A stretch of 64,000 bases of DNA from Candidatus Eiseniibacteriota bacterium (GTDB taxonomy: Bacteria; Eisenbacteria; RBG-16-71-46; CAVPCR01), in contig CAWGMA010000001.1 of the NCBI GenBank assembly GCA_963823555.1, forward strand, positions 1,088,001 through 1,152,000, given 5' to 3'. The stretch's first letter is position 1. Each line of letters begins with the position of its first letter. Shown here in pieces: positions 45,806 through 56,192 of this stretch. The position numbers were made by a program, and so were the translations under genes. Under the pieces are notes generated by a model. It had not been told where the DNA came from. It searched no databases and worked only from the letters and a program-made list of their open reading frames with translations.

Positions 45806-47364
45806 ATGCTGGTGAACACACTGCCCAAGCCGGGATCGAATCCGGAGCCGGGAGCGGATGTGGGGGGAGGGCCCCGTGCGCTCCCGTTCTCGGACCTCGC
45901 TCGTGGGCTGGGTGAGCTCAAGGGCCATCCGGATGTCCTCGTGCGCGGGCTGGCGATCGACTCGCGGGCCGTCGTCCCTGGTACCTGCTTCGTGGCTCGT
46001 CGCGGCCTTCATGTCGACGGACATCGCTTCGTTGTCGAAGCGGTGGCCCAGGGGGCGGTGGCTCTCGTGGTCGAGACCGTCGATCCTGACGTCGGCGGCC
46101 TCGACGTGCCGATTCTCAGAGTCGCTGCGGCGGACATCGCGCTCGCCCATCTGGCCTGTCGCTTCTACGCGCATCCGTCGCACGAGTTGAGCGTGGTCGG
46201 TGTCACCGGCACCAACGGCAAGACCACGACGACGCATCTCGTGGCCGGCGCCTTCGCCGCCGGGGGCAGCGATCCGCGATCTTCGGCACGCTGGGCTTTG
46301 GCCATCCATCACGGGAGCTCACGAAGACCGAGCACACGACGCCACCAGCCACGGATTTTCAGCGCATCCTGCGCCAGTTCGCCGACAGCCGGGTCCAGGT
46401 GGTAGCCGCGGAAATCTCCTCTCACGCGCTGAAAACAGCGCGAACGCTGGGTACGCGCTTTGCGGCGGGCATCTTCACCAATCTGACGCGCGATCACCTC
46501 GATTTCCATCGGGACGAGAGCGACTACCTGAACTCGAAGCTCCGTCTCTTCGATCGCGCTGCGCGCGGCGACGAACACAGGATGCTGGCCATCGTCAATG
46601 CTGATGATGCGATGGGATCGCTGTTCGCCGCTGCTGCCCGCCGTTCGGGCGATCGCCTGCTTACCACCTCCATGCGTGCCGGAGCGGATGTGGTGGCCGA
46701 AGAGTTGGCCCTCGGTCCCGCCGGATCCGACCTCTGGGTCTCCCATCCGGCAGGTCGCACGCGGCTCCATCTCGCGCTGGCCGGAACCTACAACGTGGCC
46801 AATGCGCTGGGGGCGTTCGCTGCGGCGATCGGCCTCGGCGTGGATGCCGAGACGGCGGCCCAGGGTCTCGCCGGTGTTGATCGCGTACCGGGACGTCTCG
46901 AGCGGGTCGAGGATGCCGGGGAATTCACGGTCCTCGTCGACTATGCCCACACGCCGGACGCGCTGGCCACGGTGCTGGCCACGGCACGCGGCGTGACCCG
47001 GGGACGACTGATCACGGTCTTCGGCTGCGGGGGCGACCGCGATCGGGGGAAGCGTCCCCTGATGGCCGAAGTCGGGAGCCGGCTCGCCGATCTGGCCATT
47101 CTCACCAGCGACAACCCGCGGAGCGAAGATCCCGCAGCCATCCTCGACGAGATGGTCGCCGGCGTGCCCAGTGGACGGACGGTCGAGATCATCGTCGATC
47201 GCCGCGCCGCCATTGCTCGAGCCGTCGAGCAGGCACGGCCGGGAGATGTCATTGTCATTGCCGGCAAGGGGCACGAGACCGTGCAGATCGTCGGCGATCG
47301 CCGCCTACCTTTCGACGACCGGGAGGAGGCGCGGCGCGCGTTGCGCGCTCGCCGGGCGCCCTGA
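45806..47364 (+). CDS. murE: MurE ligase, meso-DAP type (apparent 1-nt deletion near 46271-46277)
   Basis: GVTGTNGKTTT; after the shift AIFGTLG..HTTP, EISSHA, FTNLTRDHLDFH, VDYAHTPDA, FGCGGDRD, DNPR, AGKGHE. Confidence 0.92.
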
Positions 47365-48878
47365 TGGCAGAGAGACTCGTGATGGTGGATCACACGACAG
47401 ACCCCGCAGCGGAGGCGCTTCTCGATCGGCACGATATCGAGATGGCGCTGGCTCCGCTCGGGGCCGAGTGGAGTGCTGATGCCGGTCCATGGCCGCCCAT
47501 CACCGGCGGTGCCCTCGACAGCCGGGTCCTCCGCCCGGGAGAGATCTTCTTCGCGCTGCCGGGCGAGCACGTGCATGGGGCCCGGTTCGTGGTGGAAGCC
47601 CTGGCCCGTGGCGCCGCGCTCGCCATCGTGGCTCGGGGCGATCGGGCCTGGGTGCCCGATGCAGCCGACCCGCGCCGTGTGGTTTGGGTGGACGATGCCC
47701 AGGCCGCGCTGACGGCCCTCGGCCGGACGGCGCGCGCCCGGGCGCGCGATCTCACCGTCATCGGCGTCACCGGTTCCTATGGCAAGACGACGACCAAGGA
47801 CATGATCGCCGCCGTGCTCGCCCCGGCGTTCCCGGTGCACAGGACTCCCGGCAATTACAACAACCATCTGGGTGTGCCGCTGACGCTCCTCGGGCTCAAG
47901 CCCGAGCATCGAGCCGCGGTGATCGAGCTCGGGATGAATGCGCCGGGTGAGATCGCCACGTTGGCCGCACTGGCCGCGCCGCGACTCGGCGTGGTGACCG
48001 GTATCGGGCGGGCGCATCTGGCGGGGTTGGGTTCGAAGGCGGCCATCATCGCCGCCAAGCTCGAGCTGACCGCTGCGCTGGGTCCCCATGGGCTCCTCGT
48101 CATCCCCGCTGATGATCCCGACCTCCTCTCCGCCGCCAAGCGCACCGGAGTGCGGCTACTCACGGTTGGCACGGGATCTTCCAGCGTCCGGCCGGAGCTC
48201 GCCGCGACCTCGATCGCCGTGAATGCGGATGGTGTGAGTTTCCAGCTCCGGGGTCTGGGCCTTGACGGGCTCGGAGTGACCTTGCCGGTCCCCGGACGAG
48301 TGCTGGTCCTGAACGCTCTCCTGGCCCTCGCCGTGGGGGCCACTCTCGGCGTTCCCAGTGCGGCGATGGTGGCGGCGCTGGCGCAGATCCAGCTTCCCGC
48401 CCGTCGCTTCACCCTCCGCCGCGCCGGAGACCTGATCGTTCTCGACGATTGCTACAACGCGAACCCCGAGTCGATGGCCGCCGCGCTCACCATGCTCGGC
48501 GAGCTGGCGGTCAGTCGCCGGATCGGCGTGCTCGGGGATATGCGCGAGCTGGGAGACATCACTCGCGCGGCCCATACGGAGGTGGGGGACCGCGCCGGAC
48601 GGGTGCTCGATCGGTTGTACGTGATCGGGGACGAGGCGGCGACGATGGCGGCAGCGGCCCGGGAGGCCGGCATGGCATCCACGGCGATCGTCATCGCGAA
48701 CGATCGCGATGCGCTGGCGCGGCAGGTCGTCGCCGATCTCGCGGCGGGGGATGGGATCCTCGTCAAGGCATCGCGGGCCCTCGGTCTCGAGGTGGTGGTC
48801 GACTCGATCCTGGCTGCCGAGGCCGGTCGCGCCGCTGACCGCGAGACGGATGGAACGCGGGCGAGGTCGGGAGCGTAA
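47364..48878 (+). CDS. murF: MurF ligase
   Basis: GVTGSYGKTTTKD, GNYNNHLGVPLT, ELGMN, DDCYNANPES, LGDMRELG, VKASR. Confidence 0.95.
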   Translation: MAERLVMVDHTTDPAAEALLDRHDIEMALAPLGAEWSADAGPWPPITGGALDSRVLRPGEIFFALPGEHVHGARFVVEALARGAALAIVARGDRAWVPDAADPRRVVWVDDAQAALTALGRTARARARDLTVIGVTGSYGKTTTKDMIAAVLAPAFPVHRTPGNYNNHLGVPLTLLGLKPEHRAAVIELGMNAPGEIATLAALAAPRLGVVTGIGRAHLAGLGSKAAIIAAKLELTAALGPHGLLVIPADDPDLLSAAKRTGVRLLTVGTGSSSVRPELAATSIAVNADGVSFQLRGLGLDGLGVTLPVPGRVLVLNALLALAVGATLGVPSAAMVAALAQIQLPARRFTLRRAGDLIVLDDCYNANPESMAAALTMLGELAVSRRIGVLGDMRELGDITRAAHTEVGDRAGRVLDRLYVIGDEAATMAAAAREAGMASTAIVIANDRDALARQVVADLAAGDGILVKASRALGLEVVVDSILAAEAGRAADRETDGTRARSGA

Positions 48879-48882
48879 GGCC

Positions 48883-49974
48883 ATGCTCTATTACCTTCTC
48901 TACCCGCTCCACGAGATCGAGGCCCTCTCCTTCTTCAATGTCTTCCGCTATATCACCTTCCGCTCAGCCTACGCGGCGGTGACGTCGCTGACCTTGTGCT
49001 TCCTCTTCGGACCGATGGTCGTCGCCTGGCTCAGGCGGATGCAGATCACGCAGAAGATCCGCCGCGACGGGCCGGAGACCCATCTGGCGAAGGAAGGCAC
49101 GCCGACGATGGGCGGCATCCTCATTGTGGCCGCCATCGTCCTGCCCACCGTGCTGTGGGCGGACATCATGAACCGGTATGTTCTGCTCGCGCTCCTGGTC
49201 ACGGTCTGGCTCGGCCTGCTCGGCTTCATCGACGATTACCTGCACATCATTCGACGTGCTCCCAAGGGACTGCTCGGCCGCTACAAGCTCTTCGCCCAGC
49301 TCCTCCTTGGCATCGTGGTCGGTCTCGTGCTGGTACTGGATCCCGCCGATCCCGCGCTCGCCACCCGGACCAACGTGCCACTGGTCAAGGACATGATGAT
49401 CAACCTCGGGATCTTCTTCGTGCCTTTCGTCGTCCTCGTCCTCACCGGGAGCTCGAACGCGGTGAACCTGACCGATGGCCTCGACGGACTCGCTGCCGGG
49501 CTGGTCGCCTTCGCCGCCGTCGCCTTCGGCGGAATCGCCTACCTGACGGGGCATGCTCGTTTCTCCGAGTACCTCAACATCACCTACATCCCCGGGGCCG
49601 GCGAGCTCACGGTGTTCGCGGCCACCGTGATCGGAGCCGCGGTGGGTTTCCTGTGGTGGAACTGCACGCCGGCCAGCGTCTTCATGGGGGACACCGGCTC
49701 GCTGAGCCTGGGCGGAGGGCTCGCCATCATCGCCATCCTCATCAAACGCGAGCTCCTGCTGGTGCTCGTGGGCGGCGTGTTCGTGCTCGAAGCGGTCTCG
49801 GTCATGCTGCAGGTCATTTCGTTCAAGACCCGGGGGCGGCGGATCTTCCGCATGGCGCCCATCCATCATCATTTCGAGCTCAAGGGATGGGCGGAACCGA
49901 AGGTCGTGGTGCGGTTGTGGATCATTGGGGCTCTGCTCTCCCTGCTCTCGCTCTCGACGCTCAAGCTGCAGTAG
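48883..49974 (+). CDS. mraY: Phospho-MurNAc-pentapeptide translocase
   Basis: YITFR, KEGTPTMGG, GFIDDY, SNAVNLTDGLDGLA, FMGDTGSL, MAPIHHHFE. Confidence 0.97.
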   Translation: MLYYLLYPLHEIEALSFFNVFRYITFRSAYAAVTSLTLCFLFGPMVVAWLRRMQITQKIRRDGPETHLAKEGTPTMGGILIVAAIVLPTVLWADIMNRYVLLALLVTVWLGLLGFIDDYLHIIRRAPKGLLGRYKLFAQLLLGIVVGLVLVLDPADPALATRTNVPLVKDMMINLGIFFVPFVVLVLTGSSNAVNLTDGLDGLAAGLVAFAAVAFGGIAYLTGHARFSEYLNITYIPGAGELTVFAATVIGAAVGFLWWNCTPASVFMGDTGSLSLGGGLAIIAILIKRELLLVLVGGVFVLEAVSVMLQVISFKTRGRRIFRMAPIHHHFELKGWAEPKVVVRLWIIGALLSLLSLSTLKLQ

Positions 49975-50008
49975 GAGTGCGCATTCTGTGGTGGAACAGG
50001 TGATCGCC

Positions 50009-51430
50009 ATGCCAGCCAGGGAGCAAGACGGAACGCCGGCCGCCGCGGTGAACGAGCTCGCGGGCCGGCGCGTCCTGGTTCTCGGCGCCGCGCGCAGCGG
50101 GCGCGCGGTGACCGGGCTGGTGCTGGGCGCCGGAGGGCGGGTCACGCTGGCTGATCGCCGGCGTGATGCGCTCGATGCCGAACAGGTGGCCGAACTCTCG
50201 GCCCGCGGCGCCACCCTCGCCCTTGGACGTGAGGACGAGGAGCTGATCACCGGTCACGACCTCGTCGTGGTCTCGCCGGGTGTCGCCGTCGACCACCCGC
50301 TGGTCGCGGCGGCCCGATCCCTGGGCATCGAAGTGGTCGGCGAACTCGAGCTGGCAGCGCGCCGGGTGCGGGCGCCGCTCGTCGCGGTCACGGGCACGGA
50401 CGGCAAGTCGACGACGGTGACCCTGCTGGGGGCGCTGCTCGGGGCGGCCGGAAGGAAGGCTACGGTAGCCGGAAATGTCGGTCGGGCCCTGGCTCTGGTC
50501 GCCGACGATGTCGGTCCCGACGATGTGCTGGTGGTCGAGGTCTCGAGCTTCCAGCTCGAGACGGTGGACTCGTTCCGCCCGCAGGTGGGCGTTCTTCTCA
50601 ACATCGCTCCCGACCATCTGGACCGCCACCACTCCCTGGCTCATTATCGCGAGCTCAAGCTCCGCCTCTTTGCCCGCCAGCAACCCACGGACGACGCAGT
50701 CGTCCCGGCCGGATTCGGTCCGGTGCCCGGCCGCGGTCGGCGGCTCCTGTTCGGTGTCGATCCGGCGCTGGTCGACCAGGGGGCCACAGTGGTCGATGGG
50801 TGGATCGTGCAGCGGGCGACGGGAGGGGAGGAGCGCATTCTCCCGGCGGCCGATCTCGGCATTCCGGGTCCCCACAATCTCGACAACGCTCTGGCGGCGG
50901 TGGCGGCGCTCATCCGCTACGGCGTCCCGGCGTCCATCCTCGCGGCGGCGCTCGAAGGGTTCCGCGGGCTCCCGCATCGCCTGGAGACGGTGGCCACACG
51001 GGGCGGGGTGCGTTTCGTCAACGACTCCAAGGCCACCAACGTGCACGCCCTGGAGAGCGCCTTGCGTTCGTTCGAGCGCGGCGTCCATCTGATCGCCGGC
51101 GGTCGCGACAAGGCCGGGGACTTCGAATCGGTGTCGCCCTTGCTTGCGGGGCGGGTCAAGAGGGTCTATCGCATCGGGGAAGCCCGGGCTCGCCTCGAGG
51201 TCGCCTGGCCGCAAGTGCCGGGAGAGAACTGCGCGAGCCTCGATGAGGCGGTGGCGCGAGCCGCGAACTCGGCTGAGCCGGGGGATGTCGTCCTCCTGGC
51301 GCCGGGGTGCGCCAGCTTCGACATGTTCCGTGACTTCGAGGATCGAGGTGAGCAATTCCGGCGCCTGGCGCGCGACTTGCCGGGCGCAGAAGCCGTCACC
51401 GGAGCCGGTGAAGGGATGGACCAGCGATGA
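50009..51430 (+). CDS. murD: MurD ligase
   Basis: LGAARSG, VTGTDGKSTT, EVSSFQLE, PDHLDRH, NDSKATN, ASFDMF. Confidence 0.95.
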   Translation: MPAREQDGTPAAAVNELAGRRVLVLGAARSGRAVTGLVLGAGGRVTLADRRRDALDAEQVAELSARGATLALGREDEELITGHDLVVVSPGVAVDHPLVAAARSLGIEVVGELELAARRVRAPLVAVTGTDGKSTTVTLLGALLGAAGRKATVAGNVGRALALVADDVGPDDVLVVEVSSFQLETVDSFRPQVGVLLNIAPDHLDRHHSLAHYRELKLRLFARQQPTDDAVVPAGFGPVPGRGRRLLFGVDPALVDQGATVVDGWIVQRATGGEERILPAADLGIPGPHNLDNALAAVAALIRYGVPASILAAALEGFRGLPHRLETVATRGGVRFVNDSKATNVHALESALRSFERGVHLIAGGRDKAGDFESVSPLLAGRVKRVYRIGEARARLEVAWPQVPGENCASLDEAVARAANSAEPGDVVLLAPGCASFDMFRDFEDRGEQFRRLARDLPGAEAVTGAGEGMDQR

Positions 51431-52554
51431 GACCGCGGCCCCGTCTTGACATGATCCTCCTCGGGGCGACGGCCTTCCTCCTCGTCTTCGGTCTCATCAT
51501 GGTCTATTCGGCGAGCATCATCTTCGCCACCGATCAAGGCCGCGAAGCCCACTACTTTGTCGAACGGCAGCTGATCCGCGCCCTGGTCGGCATCGTGGCC
51601 ATGGTGGCTGCCTACCGCGTGGGGCCGGATCGCCTTCGTCAGGCAGCACCTCTGGTGCTGCTGATAGGCGGGGTGTTCCTGCTCGCCCTGCTCCTGCCCG
51701 GGGTCCGTGGGGAGAGCGTGCGCGGGACCTTCCGCTGGGTGCAGCTGTTCGGGCTGAACCTGCAGCCTTCGGAACTGGTGAAGCTGGCCCTGATCCTGCA
51801 TCTCTGCCGTCTTCTCGCTCGCCGGGGCGACGAGGTGCGTACTCGTCAGGGTCTTTTCGCTCCCCTGGCGCTACTCTTCTTCTTTGCTGGTCTGGTCGCG
51901 CTGCAACCGAATCTCGGGACCGCGGCGGCGATCGGTATGACCGGGTTCGGATTGCTCTTCATCGCTGGAGCGCGCGGGCGCCATCTGGCCGCGCTCGCCG
52001 GCATCGGCGTCATGGCTGTGGTCGTCCGCCTTCTTCAGGTGCCTTACGAGCGGAAGCGGCTCGTCGACTTCGTCGACTTCATGGTCCATGGCAAGGGTGA
52101 CCGGCTGGATGCCGGGTATCAACTCGACCAGTCCCTCATCGCTCTCGGCTCCGGCGGCTTCATCGGTAGGGGCATCGGAGCAGGATTGCAGAAGTTTCGC
52201 TTCCTCCCCGATTCCCATACTGATTTCATCTACGCCATTATTGGAGAAGAGGGTGGATTTCTTGCGGCGGTCTTGGTATTGGGGGTCTACGCTGTCGTCA
52301 TCTGGCGGGCCCTGTCCATCGCGGCTGCGGCCGAGGATCGGTTTTCGGCTCTTACCGCAGCTGGCATCGGCGTCATGCTCGCCGTCCATGTGCTCTTGAA
52401 CGTGGCGGTCGTGACCGGTCTGGTTCCGACGACTGGTCTGCCGCTCCCGTTCCTGAGCTACGGCGGGTCGTCCTTGGTGGTCAATCTAGCGGCCGTGGGG
52501 ATCCTCTTGCGGTTGGCGGCGGACCGATCTCGGCTCGCCTCCGCCCGCTTCTGA
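51427..52554 (+). CDS. ftsW: FtsW SEDS peptidoglycan polymerase
   Basis: MVYSAS, QPSELVK, YQLDQSLIALGSGG, PDSHTDFIYAIIGEEGG, PTTGLPLPFLSYGGSS. Confidence 0.95.
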   Translation: MRPRPRLDMILLGATAFLLVFGLIMVYSASIIFATDQGREAHYFVERQLIRALVGIVAMVAAYRVGPDRLRQAAPLVLLIGGVFLLALLLPGVRGESVRGTFRWVQLFGLNLQPSELVKLALILHLCRLLARRGDEVRTRQGLFAPLALLFFFAGLVALQPNLGTAAAIGMTGFGLLFIAGARGRHLAALAGIGVMAVVVRLLQVPYERKRLVDFVDFMVHGKGDRLDAGYQLDQSLIALGSGGFIGRGIGAGLQKFRFLPDSHTDFIYAIIGEEGGFLAAVLVLGVYAVVIWRALSIAAAAEDRFSALTAAGIGVMLAVHVLLNVAVVTGLVPTTGLPLPFLSYGGSSLVVNLAAVGILLRLAADRSRLASARF

Positions 52555-52580
52555 GGGTGCGGCCGTTGTTCTGGCTCGAC

Positions 52581-53738
52581 ATGCGCGTGCTTATCGCCGG
52601 TGGCGGCACCGGAGGCCATCTCTATCCGGGCATCGCGGTTGCCCAGAAGCTCAAGCAGCGGCGATCCGACTGCGACATCCTCTTTGTCGGTACGCGACGG
52701 GGGATCGAGCAGCGGGTACTGCCGCCGCTCGGCTTTGCCTTTCGGCCGATCGCCGCGCGGGCGCTGCCGCGCCGCCCGACGCTCGAAATGGTGCGGGCCC
52801 TGTGGAGCCAGGGGGTGGGCTTCCTGTCGTCGCTCCTGCTCTGTCTGCGTTTCCGGCCGGACGTCGTGGTCGGTACCGGGGCCTATGCTTCTGCGCCGGT
52901 GGTCCTGGCCGGCTGGGTCCTGGGCAAGCCGACGCTCGTTCTCGAACAGAACCGGGTGCCGGGGCGGACGAACCGCCTCCTCTCGCGCTACGTGAACGAG
53001 GTCCACTTGAGCTTCTCCGAGTCCCGGCGCTACTTCCTGCGCAAGGACAACCTGAGGCTCACCGGCAACCCGGTGCGCGATGGCATTGTCCGGCGGGATC
53101 GGGTCCCGGTCGCCGAGAAGTTCGGTCTTTCGCTGGACAAGACCACGCTCTTCGTGTTCGGCGGCAGCCGCGGCGCACGGCGGTTGAATCAGGCGGTGGT
53201 CGATGCCCTGCCGCTGCTCGAGAAGATCCGCAAGCTCCAGCTCATCGTCCAGACGGGCGAGGAGGATCATGCCTGGGTCCAGGCCGAGGTCGCCAAGGCC
53301 AGGGTTCATGCCGTGGTCGAGCCTTACCTCGATGATATCGCCGACGCCTACTGCATGGCCGATCTCGTCCTGTGCCGGGCGGGCGCGACCACCGTGGCCG
53401 AGATCACCACCTGCGGGCTGGCATCCATCCTGGTTCCCTATCCGCATGCGGCCGACGACCATCAGGTCATGAACGCCGAGAAGCTGGTTGCGCTCGGTGC
53501 CGCCGAGATGATTCGAGACGAGGAGATGACCGGGAAACGTCTATCACGGATCGTCCGCCGGCTGGTGATGAGCGAACATCAGCTCCGGCGGATGGCGGTA
53601 CGGGCGCGGCTGATGGCGCGTCCCGACGCGGCGGCCCGCGTCGCCCAGGCGATCGAACGGCTGGCGGGCGCCCCGCCCGCGAACCGAGCGACCGATCGCC
53701 GGCAGGACCGGGGGCCGCGAGCCGGGGCCCGGGTCTGA
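52581..53738 (+). CDS. murG: MurG GlcNAc transferase
   Basis: AGGGTGGHLYP, EQNRVPG, TGNPVR, FGGSRGA, RAGATTVAE, HQVMNA. Confidence 0.95.
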   Translation: MRVLIAGGGTGGHLYPGIAVAQKLKQRRSDCDILFVGTRRGIEQRVLPPLGFAFRPIAARALPRRPTLEMVRALWSQGVGFLSSLLLCLRFRPDVVVGTGAYASAPVVLAGWVLGKPTLVLEQNRVPGRTNRLLSRYVNEVHLSFSESRRYFLRKDNLRLTGNPVRDGIVRRDRVPVAEKFGLSLDKTTLFVFGGSRGARRLNQAVVDALPLLEKIRKLQLIVQTGEEDHAWVQAEVAKARVHAVVEPYLDDIADAYCMADLVLCRAGATTVAEITTCGLASILVPYPHAADDHQVMNAEKLVALGAAEMIRDEEMTGKRLSRIVRRLVMSEHQLRRMAVRARLMARPDAAARVAQAIERLAGAPPANRATDRRQDRGPRAGARV

Positions 53739-53836
53739 GGCTTGCTCGGCCGGGCTGGTCGAGCAGGGAAGGTGTGGGGGACGGGATTCACCACGAACCG
53801 ACGGCGGCAAGCGAGAGGGAGGGAGACCAAAAGACG

Positions 53837-55219
53837 ATGTACCGGTCCCGGCGCATCCATCTCATCGGCATCGGGGGAGTCGGCATGTCGGGTATTGCCG
53901 AGGTGCTGCTCACCCTGGGCTATGAGGTCTCGGGCTCCGATCTCAGGGACAGCGCCTTGATCGCCCGTCTGCGCACCCTGGGCGGACGCATTGCCATTGG
54001 CCATGCGGCGGAGAACCTGGGCGACGCCGACGTGGTGGTCGTATCGACCGCGGTTCCGCGCTCGAACCCGGAGCGGGTGGCGGCCGAAGAGCGCGGGTTG
54101 CCGGTGGTCCCGCGCGCCGAGATGCTCGGGGAGCTGATGCGCACCAAGTATGCCGTGGCCGTGGGCGGTGCGCATGGCAAGACGACCACGACCTCGATGA
54201 TCGCCTCGGTACTCACGGTGGGTGGACTCGATCCCACCGTCGTGGTCGGCGGCCGCATTCGCGCCGCGCAATCCGGGGCCCGGCTCGGCGCCGGACCGTA
54301 CCTGGTGGCAGAGGCCGATGAGTCCGATGGCTCCTTCCTGAAGCTACAGCCGACGGTCGCCGTGGTCACCAACATCGACCGCGAGCACATGGATCACTTC
54401 GGCAGCATGGATGCCCTGCGCAGTGCCTTTGCCTCGTTCATCGACCGTGTGCCGTTCTACGGCGCTTCGGTCCTCTGTGTCGACGATCCCGAAGTGCGGG
54501 CGCTCGCCGCCGGAGCCAGTCGTCGCGTCATCACCTATGGAACGGCTCCGGATGCCGAGTTCCGCGCGGTCGAAATCGAGATGAGCGGGCTCGCCGCGCG
54601 CTACGTCGCACTCAAGGAGGGTTCCCTCCTGGGACCGGTGACTCTCGACATGCCGGGGCGACACAACGTGCTCAACAGCCTGGCGGCGGTCGCGGTGGGG
54701 ACCGAGTTCAATCTGCCCTTTGCCGTCGTGCGCGATGGTCTCGCGCAGTGTGGCGGGGTCACGCGCCGGTTTGATATCCGGGGCGAGCAGGCGGGCATCA
54801 CCGTGGTCGACGACTACGGGCACCACCCGACCGAGATCGTAGCCGTTCTCGAGACCGCGCGCACGGTATGGCCGGGCCGACGCCTCGTTGCGGTGTTCCA
54901 GCCTCACCGCTTCACGCGCACGCGGGATCTCATCCAACGCTTCGGCACGGCATTCGCCGGCGCCGGGCATGTGATCCTGGCGCCGATCTACGCCGCTGGC
55001 GAGAAGCCCATCCCCGGAGTCTCCGCGGCCGGGATCGCTTCTGCGGTGGAGGAGGGGGCGCACGTTCCGGTCACCCTGGTCGAGAACCTGGGTCAGGCCG
55101 GTGATGTGCTGGCTCGGCTGGTCAGGCCGGGGGATGTCGTCATCACGCTGGGCGCTGGAGATATCTGGCGCGTGGGAGAGGCGTGGCTCGCCCAGGCGAG
55201 CGAAGGGGCCGAGGTCTAG
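53837..55219 (+). CDS. murC: MurC ligase
   Basis: HLIGIGGVGMSGIA, GAHGKTTTTSM, EADESDGSF, DDYGHHPTE, FQPHRFTRT. Confidence 0.96.
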   Translation: MYRSRRIHLIGIGGVGMSGIAEVLLTLGYEVSGSDLRDSALIARLRTLGGRIAIGHAAENLGDADVVVVSTAVPRSNPERVAAEERGLPVVPRAEMLGELMRTKYAVAVGGAHGKTTTTSMIASVLTVGGLDPTVVVGGRIRAAQSGARLGAGPYLVAEADESDGSFLKLQPTVAVVTNIDREHMDHFGSMDALRSAFASFIDRVPFYGASVLCVDDPEVRALAAGASRRVITYGTAPDAEFRAVEIEMSGLAARYVALKEGSLLGPVTLDMPGRHNVLNSLAAVAVGTEFNLPFAVVRDGLAQCGGVTRRFDIRGEQAGITVVDDYGHHPTEIVAVLETARTVWPGRRLVAVFQPHRFTRTRDLIQRFGTAFAGAGHVILAPIYAAGEKPIPGVSAAGIASAVEEGAHVPVTLVENLGQAGDVLARLVRPGDVVITLGAGDIWRVGEAWLAQASEGAEV

Positions 55220-55259
55220 GGCCCAGGTGGAGGCGAACGAATTGCGACAGGTTGAGCCG

Positions 55260-56189
55260 ATGAGCGGGCGATCGATCGCCATACCGGAAGCACTCCGCCA
55301 CATCCCCGATGTGGAGGCGCTGCCGATGGCCCTGCTCGCTCCGCTGACGACCTTTCGTATCGGCGGCCCCGCGGATGTGGTCCTGATTCCCCACACGGTC
55401 TCCAGCCTCGAGGCCGCCGTGGTCGCCGTCCGCCAGCATGAGCTGCCTCTGCTGCCGATCGGAGCAGGCTCGAACCTCCTGGTGAGTGAGGCGGGGTTTC
55501 GCGGTGTGGCGATCAAGATCGGCTCCGGCCTGTCAGCCATCACCGTGGGGGAGGATCGCCTGCGGGCCGACGCCGGCCGGACGCTTCCGGAGCTCATGCG
55601 TCGAGCTCGCCGGGAGGGCCTCTCTGGGCTGGAGTTCGCCGGCGGCATCCCCGGCTCTCTCGGCGGGGCGCTGCGCATGAATGCCGGCGCCTGGCAGCGC
55701 GAGATGTCCGGTATCGCTGATTGGGTCCGCGGCATCAACCTGGCTGGCGAGGTCGTCCGCCTCGATGCGGCGGAGATCCAGTGGGGCTATCGCACGGCCG
55801 TGTTTCCCGAGCCGCTGGTGATCATCGAGGCGGCGTTGCGTCTGGTTCCCGACGATCCGGAGGCCATCGGGGAGCGCGAGGATGGCTGGCACGAGGCGCG
55901 ACGGCGCACTCAGCCGCTGGGCGAGGCCTCGGCGGGGTGTGTCTTCAAGAACCCACCCGGACAGCATGCCAGCCAGCTCATTGAGGCGGCGGGATTGAAG
56001 GGCGAGCGCATCGGCGGCGCAGTCGTGTCTCCGGTTCACGCCAACTTCATCGTCAATACGGGAGGTGCCACTGCCGACCAGGTCGTGCGCCTGGTCGAAC
56101 GGGTGCGCGAACGCGTGCGCAGGGCGCACGGGGTCGAGCTCGATCTCGAAGTGCAGATGATCGGAATCACCGCTGGCGGAGGAGATTGA
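55260..56189 (+). CDS. murB: UDP-N-acetylenolpyruvoylglucosamine reductase
   Basis: TTFRIGGPA, GAGSNLL, GLEFAGGIPGSLGGALRMNAGA, SAGCVFKNP, HANFIVN. Confidence 0.95.
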   Translation: MSGRSIAIPEALRHIPDVEALPMALLAPLTTFRIGGPADVVLIPHTVSSLEAAVVAVRQHELPLLPIGAGSNLLVSEAGFRGVAIKIGSGLSAITVGEDRLRADAGRTLPELMRRARREGLSGLEFAGGIPGSLGGALRMNAGAWQREMSGIADWVRGINLAGEVVRLDAAEIQWGYRTAVFPEPLVIIEAALRLVPDDPEAIGEREDGWHEARRRTQPLGEASAGCVFKNPPGQHASQLIEAAGLKGERIGGAVVSPVHANFIVNTGGATADQVVRLVERVRERVRRAHGVELDLEVQMIGITAGGGD

Positions 56190-56192
56190 GGC

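Noticed and set aside
45779..47364. murE as a pseudogene or split gene
   Set aside because: Essential gene with all motifs intact across a 1-nt shift; sequencing error is more likely.
52140..52300. Locally AT-richer patch in ftsW
   Set aside because: Short, within conserved hydrophobic coding sequence, and with no mobility signs.
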